DNA from: Tubiluchus corallicola
Taxonomy: Eukaryota; Animalia; Priapulida
Length of the DNA stretch: 64,000 bases
NCBI GenBank assembly: GCA_030141605.1
Contig: JAQGDQ010000454.1
Span: forward strand, 1-64,000
Direction: 5' to 3'
Shown here: positions 1 to 12,864 of the stretch, in pieces
Numbering within the stretch: position 1 is the first letter of the stretch
How the letters are laid out: every line of letters starts with the position of its first letter
Notes under the pieces: generated by a model
Seen by the model: only the letters and a program-made list of their open reading frames with translations
Databases searched by the model: none
Told to the model about the DNA's origin: nothing
Program-made: the position numbers and the translations under genes

Positions 1-810
<810 letters not shown>

Positions 811-1257
811 CATTTCTAATAGGACTACATTAGATTACATTTAGAATAAGAAGGTATCTCTCAAACATAGAATAAAAAAATACTGGAACAAATGCAAATT
901 GATGTTGTCAGGCAACAGTGTTTTGGCAACGGGTTACATCTGAGAAGTGGGAAAAGTTCAGTCACATGTTACAAACTTCTGGAATGAATCACTCAATCCA
1001 TTTCACTTTCAAGGATTTCATGATTGTTTAACTTTGTACAGCTGATATGTAATCCAATGGCTTTGCTTACTAGACTTCTACAGCTGATGTAATCTATGAG
1101 ATTTTCTGAACCAAATTGGATTAGTATTGTTTATCATGCAGGCGTGAGAGTCATGACCTGATTGGATGATCGTTTCCATGGCTTCATTGGTTTAACTAAA
1201 CTATGAACATGAAATTGATTAGGCATAAAAATGATTTGAACTCAGTAAAACACTTTA

Positions 1258-1920
1258 ATTACAGCATTTGTTACTAGTTACTGTTTAATGAGTAACAACA
1301 AATGACTACAGTATTTATTACTAGTTACTACTTAGCGAATAACAACAAATGTCAAGAGAATTTGTTACTGGTTACTGCTTTTAACGAGTAATAACAAATG
1401 ATTACAGCATTGGTTACTATACAACACTTTTTAACAAGTAACAAAAAATAACTACATCATTTGTTAATATCCAATACTACTCAATGAGTAACATTAAATA
1501 GCCACGGCGTATGTTACTATCTATTGCTACTTTAACGAGTAACAGCACATAACTACAGCTTTTGTAACTATCTGATACTGCATAACTTAGTAACTACAAA
1601 AAACTGGAGCGTTTGTTACTATCTAATACTGCCTAATGAGTAACAATATATAACCACAGCATTTGTTACTATCCGCTACTGCTTTAACAAGTAACAACGA
1701 ATAACTACAGCATTTGTTATTATACACTGCTTTAACGAGTAACAATAAATAACCACAGCATTTGTTGCTATCAACTACTGCTTTAACAAGTAACAACGAA
1801 TAACTACAGCATTTGTTATTATACACTGCTTTAACGAGAAATAAATAACTACAGTTACTATCCGGTTGTGCGTAACTAGTAAAGCAAATATCTATAGTAT
1901 TTATTATTATCTGCTATTTG
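1258..1920. repeat. ~48-51-bp minisatellite (ACTACAGCATTTGTTACTATC..ACTGCTTTAACGAGTAACAACAAATA)
   Basis: About 13 diverged tandem units. Confidence 0.9.
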
Positions 1921-2066
1921 CAAGAAATACCGTCGTGTTTTAAGTTCGATGCCTGGCTTCGCATTAGTTTTTATGTCATTATTTTTTAGATAAGCATTAA
2001 CTTATTGTATCAGCCGTATTTAAACCATTAACAGAAAAATAGACTAACGAAAAAATGTACTCAAAA

Positions 2067-2517
2067 TTCAACATTTATAGGAGAACGAGTGTAAGTTATG
2101 TTCAACATTTATAGGAGTACTAGTGTAAGTTATATTCAACATTAATATAGGAGTACTAGTGTAAGTTATATTCAACATTTATAGGAGTACTAGTGTAAGT
2201 TATATTCAACATTGATATAGGAGTACTAGTGTAAGTTATATTCAATATTAATATAGGAGTACTAGTGTAAGTTATATTCAATATTTATAGGAGTACTAGT
2301 GTAAGTTATATTCAACATTTATAGGAGTACTAATGTAAGTTATATTCAACATTGATATAGGAGTACTAGTGTAAGTTATATTCAACATTAATATAGGAGC
2401 ACTAGTGCAAGTTATATTCAACATTTATAGGAGTACTAGTCTAAGTTATTTTCAACATTTATAGGAGTACTGGTGTAAGTTATATTCAACATTGATATAG
2501 GAGTACTAGTGTAAGTT
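2067..2517. repeat. 34/36-bp minisatellite (TTCAACATTTATAGGAGTACTAGTGTAAGTTATA) with 140-bp higher-order period
   Basis: 13 units; ATTGATATAG variant units start at 2205, 2345 and 2485. Confidence 0.95.
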
Positions 2518-2622
2518 TTGTAATTCTAACAAGTGAATTTTTTACAGGAATTATTTTAATTCTTCCCGGACAACGAAGAATTACGAAGACTTAATGATTA
2601 TGCCATTCTCTTTCATCTGTGA

Positions 2623-3035
2623 AAAGTGGCGGTAGTATGCGGATGCGGTGCGTTTTGCCTTGCGGAATAGCTTGCCGAAAAAAATCAAAACGAATAGCTG
2701 CAAAAAAGAATAACGCATAAACAGGTTGCCTAAAAAGCAGCGTCTCCGCATCCGCATACTACACCAAAGGAGTGCATTGAAAACAACATAAACAGATTTT
2801 ATCTATTCCGCAACCCCTAAAATACATCCGGATCCACATGCTACTTAAACATCACTTTACGTGATATCCACTGCCGAATGGCTGCGGAATAAAAGTCAAT
2901 AAGAAATAGCCGCAGAAAAAATAATACATAGCGCAGGTCTCAAAAACGGATGCGTTGAAAACAATATAAACCCATTTTTCCATTCCGCACCCCCCGCATC
3001 CGCATCCTCACCCGTAGTTACGTAAACGCCACTTT
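2623..3035. mobile_element. Degenerate TIR MITE with internal direct duplication, unclassified
   Basis: AAAGTGGCG..TGCGGATGCGG at left, CCGCATCCGCA..CGCCACTTT at right; ~2655-2852 resembles ~2875-3035. Confidence 0.55.
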
Positions 3036-3241
3036 AAACAGCAATTTATGAAAATTTTGAAGCCAGCATAATAATTATGCAGTTGATCGCGGAATTCAGT
3101 ATACCACGAATACGTAACAACTTGGCATCAAAATTTCTACAGGAATCATAAGAATTTTGTCAGAACATTTTTATTATGAAATACCAGGAGAGCTTTTGAA
3201 GCCACAACAGTATCAAACCCCCTGTGTTGTGTTTATAGGAA

Positions 3242-3260
3242 ATGTCTCTTCTGGTTCCTG
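3242..3260 (+). CDS. Candidate short first coding exon (MSLLVP, phase-1 donor)
   Basis: gaaATG at 3242, 19 nt, then CTG|GTAAGC; very short, could be chance. Confidence 0.2.
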
Positions 3261-3328
3261 GTAAGCAATTCGATACTTGCAATTGAAGATTTTGGCTGAT
3301 CCATTCCTATAAGCTATAGCGTAGGGTT

Positions 3329-3755
3329 AAGTGGGTGCATTAACCAATAGGGTAACTAGGCTATAACCTTGGGCGCCAAAGTTTAAGGGGCGCGACATTT
3401 TAGAAAAAATCTTATTTTTCTCGGAAAATGTATATACATTCATATCCATGTAAAGTGCGCATTTTATAACACACCACAGGCAGTTACTGAGGGCAGCTTT
3501 TATATAAGTGCCACATAACAAACAGGTGCAAAGTATTACGCAACAAGGAGTTGCGCAGCCTTCTTGAATATACCCGCTATGCGAATACATGTAATTAATA
3601 ATGACTATGTAGAAACTAAGTTAATGGTATTTCTAATACACCACAACTAGTTGTTTAATCTGAACATTACATAAGCAACCATAATAAATTCACAATAGAG
3701 ATGGGCGGGATAGAACTATCAACGTCTGACGTCGTGAAGTCTAGATACGCCCCTG
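3329..3755 (+). mobile_element. hAT-type MITE, CAGGGGCG family, copy 1 (left end degraded)
   Basis: Ends GATACGCCCCTG; colinear with 42887-43309 and inverse of 4210-4591. Confidence 0.85.
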
Positions 3756-4209
3756 GTTAATAATGATTGTAAAGTAGGGCGTAGCACAGCAAATATTTCA
3801 AAGATCGCCCACATTGCTTTTGAATAAGGTTTACGTCCTCTAGTTTACAAATTTGGAAGTTTACGCCCTGTAGTTTACAAACTTGGAAGACCCAACTTTT
3901 GAATACGAAGTCTTTGTATTTTGAAGAAGGAACATCAAAATGGCGGAAGATTCGTTATACATGGTTCTGCTCTTTGATCAGACGATCTGTTTAGTCTTGC
4001 ATACTTTGTGGGGTTTTAGTTAAAAAATTGAAAAGAATAAACAAAACTTTGAAGAAGTAATCCGTCAAGACGATCATAAACACGAGTTTAATTACCAGGA
4101 AACTTCGGGGAAATTAAAGGTTTGGCAATGTATTACACTGACCTGGTACTGTACCAAATATTGTACATACACACATGTCTGCAAAGTGATGATAATTTGA
4201 TGACTTTTT

Positions 4210-4591
4210 CAGGGGCGTATCAAGCACTTTAGGACGCCCTAGGCTGATTGTTCTGCCCACCCATCTCTATTATGAATTTATGGTTGCTTATGTAATGAAC
4301 TGATTAAACAGTAACGTGTGGTGTATTAGAAGCACCACTAACCTGGTTATTATTAACTACATGTATTTGCATAGCATTTATATTCAAGTAGTCTGCACAA
4401 GTGCTTTGCTGTGTAGTACCTTACATCTGTTCATTATTTGAGACTTATATAAAAACTTCATTCAGTAACTGCCTGTAGTGTGTTATAAAATGCGCATTTT
4501 GCATGCATATGAAAGTATACGCATTTTCTAACATACGACGCCCTCAAACTTTGGCGCCCTACTCCAGAGCCTATTTGTTAATGTGCCCCTG
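4210..4591 (-). mobile_element. hAT-type MITE, CAGGGGCG family, copy 2
   Basis: CAGGGGCG...TGCCCCTG termini; perfect 8-bp TSD GACTTTTT (4202-4209, 4592-4599). Confidence 0.92.
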
Positions 4592-5404
4592 GACTTTTTA
4601 AATAGGAGCGCCAAATTGTGAAGATAGATTTAAGAGACTTTTGAACGAAAAGCAAGCACGCAATTACGGTTTGCATATTTCTTTTAGGTTATAGCTGAAG
4701 AGCTAAAATGGCTAAATGTGTCTGTTTCACTGACCTGGCACTGTACCAAATGCTATATATGCACACTTGTATAGAAAGTGATGAAAATTTGATGACATTT
4801 TAAACGGGGAGCGCGAAATTGTGAAGATTTAAGAGATTTTTGAAATTTCATTAAACGAAATGCAAGCACACAACTAATGTTTGCATATTTACTTCAGCTT
4901 AAAAGCTCTTTTAAAGCTCTTGGTCTTTAAACGGTAGTTGACTGTTCACTAAATGCAATAGATTAATTTGGATTTTTGAAAGTTCTTTTAAAAATTACTG
5001 GGAATTTTCTTTTCCAATTTCACAATTCGTTCAAATAGATAAGCGTAATGCTAAGTAATATAACTTTGTATGGAACATTTTTGGTGTGTAATTTAAAATT
5101 CCAATTTCATTTCCCTTTAAGCAATCAATAAGTCACAGTACATTTCAGTCTAGGCTTACTCTGATTCAGATGCAAGTTTAGGAGAGGTTATCAAGATAAA
5201 CCATCTGCCACCAGTGCAAATAAACTCGCATGTCAGTCTGACACCATAAGCACTTAGAAAGAACTTCTCGTTTCTGCAACTGAGAGGCTTGCTAGGAGAC
5301 GGGGCGTATCTTAAAACGGGGGGCGGTCAACAAACAAACGCTTTAGTACAAAACTTGGAGAAATGTCAGAATAGGAGGAGAAAACCCAGTTCACTTATGA
5401 GGGG

Positions 5405-5832
<428 letters not shown>

Positions 5833-6464
5833 AGATGGTGAAAATACATTGGGGAAAACAACAACTTGAATTTCTTTGCGAAAATTCCTGGATCTGCCCT
5901 GGTGTGTGAAATGTATGTATAACTGAAACTGATCTAGTAATAACAACAACAGTAGCATGTTGTCTGAACTGTTGGCATATCTTCAGCAACAGTTTCAGAT
6001 CCTTGGGTTCCGTGTTCTGGTACAGGGTGACTTAAAAATTGTGTGTTATGTGCATAATTGTCAAAGCACAGGGTCACTACTGCTAGCAAGAAAAAACAAA
6101 GACTTTTGTCATTAAATCCATAATTATTTAGAATTTTGTGCAAATAAAAATTTGTGTTTTTCTAAAAAAAATACAATTTGTATTATTTACTAGTATAATT
6201 ACAATAATACATATTTCCAATCTTAAATGGTTTCTAAAACATTTTCAGTTACTATCAAATTTATTAGAACATTTTGGATTGGCTGAAGTAGCTCGATTAT
6301 ATTGAAAAATTAAAGGGGTAACAGTTTGCTGTGTCGCCTTGCTTGTCTATAGATAGAGGCACTTATTTTGCAGAAAATATCCAGACTATGTCACAGTGTT
6401 GACAGAACAAATGCTATAATCTATCAACAATATCGTTGCTGAAAAATTAAAAGTTGTACCTTAA

Positions 6465-7125
6465 CTCCTTCAGGACTGCACCATTTAAGGTACATCTTAT
6501 AAGACGTCTTTGACTTTTTTCTTTTGTATAAGCACAGACATAACTAAATGATAGTTACTGTTCTATTCACGATAAACTGGGCTACCTAATTATGCTATTT
6601 GTTTAAAAATTTATAAGTGATTTAATTGGATAAAATTAAGAAAAACGTGCCCTTCTCAGGCACTCCAACTTAGCCTATTGAATAACTTCGGCTGGTGCGC
6701 ACTTGCGCGATCGGAGACACTACTTTATTAATCACCTGCTTGCTAATGCCCAAGAGAATCAGAGTTCCAGGAAAACCAACCGATCAGACAAGAACAAATT
6801 AAAGTCGTCTCACATTTTAACAGCAATTGTACCTTAAAAATGGAGTAGGCATGAGTCCAAAGGGTATCAGATGAAATTTTCTGCATTAGACAATTTCACA
6901 CAAGTGATACTGTACCTTGTTACAGTGCAAAGACTGCAATTACTAAAAAAAATTCAATTTTTTCGTCAAAAATAGATTTTTAATTTCTCTAAGGTAAGCG
7001 AATGCATTTCATATATAATTTTGTATGAAAATCCATGGGATTAGAAACCTACCAAAATTATCGAATATAACGTAATCGCAGCTTAGTGAGAGCAGTTTTC
7101 ATGAACCCATGCAGTCCTAAAGGAG
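6465..7125. mobile_element. piggyBac-like MITE
   Basis: TTAA|CTCCTTCAGGACTGCA ... TGCAGTCCTAAAGGAG|TTAG: 15/16 TIR match, TTAA-type target. Confidence 0.8.
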
Positions 7126-7224
7126 TTAGCAGTTCCACATTAGGTTGTTTTGACATGCATGGTTGTAAAAACACACTGTTCGTCACTGTCGTTTTGTTAT
7201 ATATAGGTGGCAGCACTAATCGTA

Positions 7225-7822
7225 ATGGCGGACACTGACTCAGACAATGAAACATGTTCTAGCTGGCGATTACAAGATCAAGCAACAATGCGCCGCCTAG
7301 AGGAAAAGAAAATGAATAATCTATTTTCGTCGCCCAAAAACAAAACCCGACGTCACAAATTCTTGATAGCAAGTCCTCGCTTGCTACAAAAATGGCGGTG
7401 TGACGAAGTGGCCGGATCTGGCACTTTGCCAATTTTCCGGAAAAAGCGTGAGAGGAGGAAAAAACGCTGTAAAAGTAACGAAAAAGAGCTGACAGTGACA
7501 CCGAAAGACACTTTGTCAAGAGAAATTAAAAACACGTTATTAGAAACAGTGAATGTTGGTGGTGGCGCTGCTGTCATTCCAATCTCACCGCCACCTGTCA
7601 ACGTTCGTCGCAGAAATAGAGGTGTGCAAAGCTTTAACAAATCATCAAAAATGTCAAAATTTAAAACTTCGAAAATGGAAATGCGTCAATGTGACTCGCT
7701 GCAAAAATCACGTGGGGCACGAAGAATTGCATTTGCATCCAAAAACAACAACAGTAGCAGCGACAGCGACAGTGACTGCAGCAGCAGCATCAGCAGCAAA
7801 AGCAATGATTTTTCGGCAGACG
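7225..7822 (+). CDS. Candidate first coding exon, 199 aa basic/Ser-rich N-terminus (MADTDSDNETC...NDFSAD) of an unidentified protein
   Basis: Longest non-microsatellite ORF; gtaATGG start context; ends at ACG|GTAAGT donor (phase 1) just before the in-frame stop; GC above background. A TAG|GTG acceptor at 7206/7207 is an alternative start. Confidence 0.7.
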
Positions 7823-7899
7823 GTAAGTGAAGCTTCACAGTCTTTTAGGCGTTTTCTTGTGTAATTTAATCTCCACAATGTGCTTGTATAGCAAAATGT

Positions 7900-8488
7900 A
7901 TAGCAAGTCGGCAATTAAGCGTTTCTAGTTATTCACGTACCCGAATTTCTATTTCACGAGGATCATTTTGATACCAAGCTCATCAATCTATGTTTTTTCT
8001 AAGCTGGCATAATCCACGTTGAAGTTGAGGTGCTGGCTACCATTGTTAGCCATTGTTTTTTGGCGGGTCTCTACAAAATATGTAGCAACCAAATGTTGGT
8101 TGCTATGGACTTTGCAAGAACACATTGATGTTGATGTATGTTTAAATCCAGTAGATGGCTCTTCCTGACAAAGATCTGGGCTTTGTAACAGAAAAAACCC
8201 AAACAAGATGATTGCTTGCATGAGCTACGATCGGAGTTACAAAATACAAGTTTTTTACAATTGCACTACTAGTTTCTAGACAGAAAAGTGGGTACGGGGT
8301 TATGAAATTAGATTTTTAGCATTTTTTGAATATTTTCTTGTTAATTTGATGTTAGAATATATAAATCCAATATATTTAATATTTAAAATTTGACCATTTG
8401 ACCAAATTTTTGGTGCATTCTACTCTGAAGTTTCATAACGTAGTTTTAATCATGCCGACTTATGGAAGGTATTGGTTTGCAAGCACAC
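7900..8488 (+). mobile_element. Family A element (subterminal IR + 3' tail; Helentron/HINE-like), copy 1
   Basis: AAGTCGGCA ... TGCCGACTTATGG followed by a ~25-bp conserved tail; homologous to 22408, 29650 and 33011. Confidence 0.8.
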
Positions 8489-8949
8489 TGTGAATAAATT
8501 AAGTTGAATGTGATTGATTTAGTGACTTTCGGCAAAAAAGATTTACACTGTTGTTCTGGCAAGGAGAGAGAGTAGCAGATGTTTCTTGACTTTTTTAAAT
8601 AGAAATTTGTCATTTTTCTTAGTTTGATAAATCTGATTTCATAAGGCAATTATTGACAATCCTTGTGTTTTAGCAACTAAACTGTTCTCTCCTCTCGTCC
8701 TCTCCACTCACCTCCCACCCACCCCTCTTTTTTCTTTCTTCTCTCTTCTGTCTCGTTTGTTTCGCCTCGTTTCGTCGAAATATCTTTCGCTCAGTATCAT
8801 TCTCTTCGATGCAACATGTTTTATCTGGATTGTCAACATATTGTTTAAGGCAATAAGTGTAATGCGACATTTAAGTCGCTTGTCCAAGTTGATCCTGGAT
8901 GTGGTAAATTTAGCTGTTGCAAGTGTGTGTATTTACAAATGTATGTAAT

Positions 8950-9511
8950 GTAGATTTACAAACAATCTACTCTTTAAAATATTGAAATGAAACGCACTAT
9001 TTTTTCAAAAATGGCTTACGTGAGAGAATTATTACCACACAAACACAATTTCACATTCGTGCCACTAATTCTTCACTGTTACTTCCCTGTTATTCGCTAA
9101 TAAGACGGGCACTAGCACCTGTATTTTAAAACATTTTAAACGCATTTAAAACGCATTGCACAAAAAAGGTGATGTACCTCTCAGTTCAGATGTGTTAGTT
9201 TGTGACGAATTACACAAGTTTGACAGGTCGCGCATGAGCACAGCGGTAAATTTGAAATTTGAATTTTTATCTTAAAACTTGCCTAGTTTTAGTATAACAC
9301 ACCGAATATCTTGCAGTAGCACTGTACTTCAATTTTCTCTTTCGCAAACGCGTGCAACCCGTTTGTGAAATATTTTTGATGTTGAAAATTGTTTGTTTAT
9401 AATGTCATCAATAGTTGGGATAGCCCGCAGAATTAAATGTGTTAAAATGTATACTTTCTATCAGACTTGAAAATGGGATAGTATATGCAATATCATCCTG
9501 TCTTCCTTTAA
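8950..9511 (+). mobile_element. Kolobok-like MITE family B
   Basis: Ends CATCCTGTCTTCCT|TTAA; homologous to ~8 other copies in the window. Confidence 0.85.
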
Positions 9512-10022
9512 ATTTTGTAGTTTTGTTTTGCGTGTATATACAACTTTCCAGCTCAACAAACCCTTTTTTACAAATCCTTATTATCCTGTGTTCCATTTCG
9601 ACGTTTGTTTACAGCGTGTAGTGTGTACACTGTGCAGGCCGGCGTTGCCACGAGGCAGCAATCATTTATAAACACGCACGCTGGGAATTCTGGGATGCAA
9701 TATCAATGGTTCTCAAGTTTCTTTATCAGGTACATGCTAAATTGTGGGCAATATTAAAATCAGAACGGTACGCCATACGTTTGTTTTTTAGTTTTTTTAG
9801 TCAAAGGCCAAGGAATTTAAATTTCTTTTGGATTTTTGATTTTTATTGTTACGTGTAGGTGGAGCCACGTACATGTACGATAGGGCGGAAATTATACTTC
9901 GCTTTTTGACTATGTGAGACAAGCATAGTAACAACAACTACGACGCGGACGACGACAACAACAATAATAATGCTTTTTACTAATACAGTGTTATACCTTC
10001 ATTAGACAAGCCTATTAATTAC

Positions 10023-10697
10023 TTCAAGGACAAGAAAAGAGGTACCTGGAACAGGTTCCAGAAAAATCGCCTTAAAATTATATTACTTTACAGTAATTTT
10101 ATGCATATATCGTACACGCATTGAAGTGAGTTTTGTTTGTTTTCATTTTAAATCTCCCGCACAACTGTTGCGACCGCGTCATAACATTACGTCATGTACG
10201 CACAACGTAAATCAGGGGAAGAAAAGGCAATGTTAAACTATGTCCCAAAAAACTTTCCATGCAAATCTACGTTACTTAGCATTTCGCTTATCTGCTGAAA
10301 AGTTATGTAACTAGAAATATTAAATTAAAATGTTTTCACCGATTGGTAAAATGTCGCTGACTCACCTCCAGGGTGCACCACTCACTAACCAAAAACGTAT
10401 TTTTAATCTTACTAGCGAGAAACAGTAATTAAACATTTTACTTTTAGTAACATGTGCGCTACGAATGCTCTAATTATTTTTTCAAACTTTACACAATGAT
10501 ATCTAATTTTCTTTGAAATGACTTATCGTCAAAATGGCTGCGCCTAACGGTCACCGCGAGAGTTTAAATTTACAAGTTTTATACAGTGTTACTGCCGACG
10601 CAAGCCCTACATGCAAAAAGGCAGTATGTAAGTGGAATAAAATTTCAAGACGAATTTTTCAAGCTCTATGTAAGTGGAGCGTTTTCTTGTGCTTTAA
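10023..10697 (+). mobile_element. Kolobok-like MITE family C, full length
   Basis: AGGACAAGAAAA ... TTTTCTTGTGCT|TTAA TIRs; ~12 copies in window. Confidence 0.88.
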
Positions 10698-10929
10698 TGT
10701 GGGCCTAGAGATCTTTACAAATACTTTTAGGCATGTAAAATAAACAAACTTGAACAGAATTTTGTTGCATTATTGAATTTCTCCAATCAAAATAATTTAT
10801 CTGACCTGAAAACTAATCATAAAAGTACAAAACGAAAAGGGGTTCTAAATAAAACTTTGGAATGTTGATAAAGATGAAGATATTAAATTAAGTTCTGAAT
10901 TCAATTTAAAATTTTTTTGTATCAAATAC

Positions 10930-11345
10930 AAAATACTACGTGGTTCGGCACCTGCATACCTTATTGTTCTCTTAATACGCCGTAATAGTTCGTTCTTATG
11001 CTACGAACGCATAAGTGACCTGAACACTTCGTTCTAATGCTAATGAAAAAATTAATTTGTATCAGCCGATTCCAAATACAATATTCAATTGTGAAAAAGC
11101 TTTTGCTGTCTGTGTTCCACGTCTCTGAAATAACTTACCTATTGCTATACGTTCTACAAATTCATTAGATTGCTTTAAATAATATCTTAAAACACATTTG
11201 TTTAAATTGTGCTTTTTGTGACGAATTATTTTTAATGTCTTTTAATTTTTTTCTTACAAGTTTTAAATGTATTTTAATCCTGCGTGCTGAGATTTTAAAT
11301 GATGTAGCGCGCTGCACGAACAAGTTTTACATTACATTACATTAA
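10930..11345 (+). mobile_element. L2-type LINE 3' remnant
   Basis: Translates to GSAPAYL...KAFAVCVPRL*NNLPIAIRSTNSLDCFK*YLKTHLF (WNxLP C-terminal motif with stops); (CATTA)n tail. Confidence 0.8.
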
Positions 11346-12055
11346 TGGTTGCATAAGAATTAATTAATATACTTTAAAGCTACAACCGTTTTTAATTATC
11401 TTTTAATGACACAGGTAATAATAAATTAGAAAAAAAATTAATCGGAAAAACTGTGATCTCACTGCTCTGATGTTAAACGTATTTGCTTTTGAATATCATG
11501 GTACAATATGGTCTATTCATAACAGAACGCTGGTAATAATCGTTTAATTCAGCATTAATCATCCGACATTGGCAGCTTGCAAAATTATAACTTATCCCTT
11601 CTTCGTGACGTCATACATCCGGGTTTTTCACAGCAGTAAAATAAGAAACTGATTCAATTACCAATTTAAATGATCCGTCGGTACTTTGATCTTCGGCTCG
11701 CTTTTATTTACTGTTCAACTCAGGTGTATTATTACACCTGAGAGTTCAGTGTCACGCCTACGCGAACGCGAGGTGAGGGGGGGAGGCGTGACACAGTTTT
11801 TTTTGTGTTACTGTTGGGTGGCTGGCTCAGTTTTCGTAGAAGTTGTTCACTCATGTATGCAAATCAGGAAAAACACCTGAACAGTCGACTATAGACGTAC
11901 GTCTATGGCATGTCATGTCTTCGTCTGTTTGTGATATGGAGCTACAGATGTAACTCTATTAACTTCGTAAGGTGTGAAATAAACTTACTGCAAAATGTGC
12001 TAATTGTGTATGGAAACATGAACCCGACTATTTCCTGTTTGTCAAGCAGCACACT

Positions 12056-12451
12056 TAGGGGTGAGCATCGAACGTTCGAATTCGATTCGAACGAGTTTTT
12101 TTAGTTCGAATTCGATTTGAACCTTAAAACTGTAGATTCGAATAATTCAGCACTTCAACCACGTACGTTTTTTATCATTAAAACGTTTGAAACATCATGC
12201 AATTAGCGTAATTTAGCTGTGATTTCTGTTCACAATTTTTAGACAAATTATTAGTGGTTTTACTGCAAAGCAAAATCGGGAAGGTAATATACATGATCTT
12301 TGTAAGACGTTCGAAAATTTGTTCGAAAAACTTTCAATCTCAATTCGAATTCGATTCAAATTCGCAATACTGAAGTTCGGGTTATTCGAAATCGAAAGTC
12401 CAAATTCGATTCGATTCGAATTCGCTTTCTGGTAGAGTATACTCACCCCTA
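12056..12451 (+). mobile_element. hAT-type MITE (TAGGGGTGAG termini, TTCGAA-rich subterminal repeats)
   Basis: TAGGGGTGAG...CTCACCCCTA TIRs; imperfect TSD; partial inverted copy at ~20970-21248. Confidence 0.85.
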
Positions 12452-12613
12452 GCACCAGTATTTTGTGAATGTTGCCAATAGTTTTCTGTGATGTTTGAAG
12501 AGAGTGCTAATTGTGATTCAGGAAAACTATGTCATTAACAGATAAAACATGTCAGATTTGATATTTAAATGGAAACTCCCTGTTGTGGTGTGATTCAAGG
12601 ACGATATCACCGT

Positions 12614-12661
12614 ATTGCCTAGGCAATCAAAGTGATGCTGCAGAGCAGTTACCATGACAAC
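12614..12661. promoter_or_regulatory. Two RFX X-box-like motifs
   Basis: ATTGCCTAGGCAAT (perfect palindrome, 12614-12627) and GTTACCATGACAAC (12648-12661). Confidence 0.5.
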
Positions 12662-12692
12662 CAGTTTGGATTAATTAGGGAAAGTGACGGAG
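12635..12692 (+). CDS. Candidate alternative first exon (MLQSSYHDNQFGLIRESDG, phase 1)
   Basis: 58 nt from ATG to a consensus GAG|GTAAGT donor; overlaps an X-box. Confidence 0.35.
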
Positions 12693-12750
12693 GTAAGTGT
12701 TTTTTTTGGACAAAAGATGAAAAATTAACTGATTATATATATATATATAT

Positions 12751-12864
12751 ATCTACGGCCATATCACGTTGAAAACACCGGTTCTCGTCTGATCACCGAA
12801 GTTAAGCAACGTTGGTTAGTACTTGGATGGGTGACCGCCTAGGAATACCAGGTGCTGTAGGCTT
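12751..12864 (+). pseudogene. 5S rRNA-derived sequence (SINE head)
   Basis: CTACGGCCATATCACGTTGAAAACACCGGTTCTCGTCTGATCACCGAAGTTAAGC...TGGATGGGTGACCGCC...GCTGTAGGCTT; box A and box C present, ~6-nt internal deletion, no T-run terminator. Confidence 0.92.

Noticed and set aside
2067-2517. CRISPR-like 34-36-bp periodicity
   Set aside because: Units are contiguous with no unique spacers, no cas genes, eukaryotic context
7225-7822. Assigning a gene name to the 199-aa exon
   Set aside because: No recognisable domain; any symbol would be a guess
12751-12864. Functional 5S rRNA gene
   Set aside because: Internal deletion, no T terminator, solitary and fused to a SINE-like body
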